Positions 63,391 through 64,000 of a stretch of DNA of 64,000 bases are shown in pieces (positions within the stretch are counted from its first letter, which is position 1; every line of letters begins with the position of its first letter). This DNA is from Camelus ferus (taxonomy: Eukaryota): the NCBI RefSeq assembly GCF_009834535.1, contig NC_045697.1:109122001-109186000 (forward strand), written 5' to 3'. Made by a program: the position numbers and the translations under genes. The notes beneath the pieces are model-generated. The model did no database searches. It worked only from the letters and a program-made list of their open reading frames with translations, and was not told where the DNA came from.

Positions 63391-64000
63391 AAAAATCCTA
63401 TTTCTTTCCCTATAAAATGCAAGGAATTAACTGATGCCTCAAGAGTAAGCTCAGTGAAGATGCAGAGGGCTCTGCTGTGCATCAGCACTGGGCCGTCAGC
63501 AAGCCTCATTCTTGCTGTAAAGACCTATGCTGGAAATAAACCCTCAGGGAGGAATAAATCATACCTCCTAAGTCACCCTTATCAAATGCATTCATGATAT
63601 TGATTACTACTACATCTGAGCAAAGTGCAATGGCTGTTTAATGGCTGGTTACATCCAGGAGGCTTAAGTGATCCCGGTTTCCACTTCTTTGTCAAGTGCA
63701 CGTGCAATTTTTCCCAGTGTATAGAGTCCATTAGGCAATTATGGGAAACAGGGTGCACGACGGGGTGAGCTCCACTCTTGACTGCTGCTTAGGTGAGAAT
63801 TTCTAACACTGCAGTTACCGTGGTCTCACTGTGTCTGGGACGGACTGGGACGGACAGAACTCCTGGAAGCAGGAAGGGGCAGAACAGGGGAAGGGTGTGT
63901 GGGGAGATCTAGGGAAACTCGTGGGGTGGAGGTGGGGCACTGCATTCAGGGGCCTAGAACTTGACCCTGACAGCAGGAGAATGCCAGGTTTGTCAGTTAG

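Overview
Mammalian genomic DNA, very probably camelid (alpaca, llama or camel), judged from about 15 copies of a tRNA-derived SINE (head GGGGAGGGTATAGCTCAGTGGTAGAGCGCATGCTTAGCATGCACGAGGTCCTGGGTTCAATCCCC, Vic-1-like) and young lineage L1 3' ends. Roughly half the window, by eye, is transposon-derived: old and young L1, L2, MIR, MLT1/MLT2, MER20 and several solo LTRs, often nested. There is one 100-N assembly gap. The only recognisable gene-derived sequence is a 5'-truncated, disabled RPL10A processed pseudogene (7116-7477, minus strand). I could not identify an intact protein-coding gene. The most notable non-repeat signal is a CpG island (~38.0-39.9 kb) with two RFX X-boxes and GC boxes, surrounded by well-formed plus-strand splice sites, which suggests an unidentified, possibly testis or cilia-related, spliced transcript. 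Other points of interest are a twin-primed (5'-inverted) L1, a MER41-like LTR with a GAS site, an intact-looking ERV1 solo LTR, an internally deleted L1 that keeps its 5' end, and an unexplained 37-nt dispersed direct repeat. I found no convincing evidence of a novel multi-gene system. Repeat family names come from recall of consensus sequences, not from a database search, and boundaries of old repeats are approximate.
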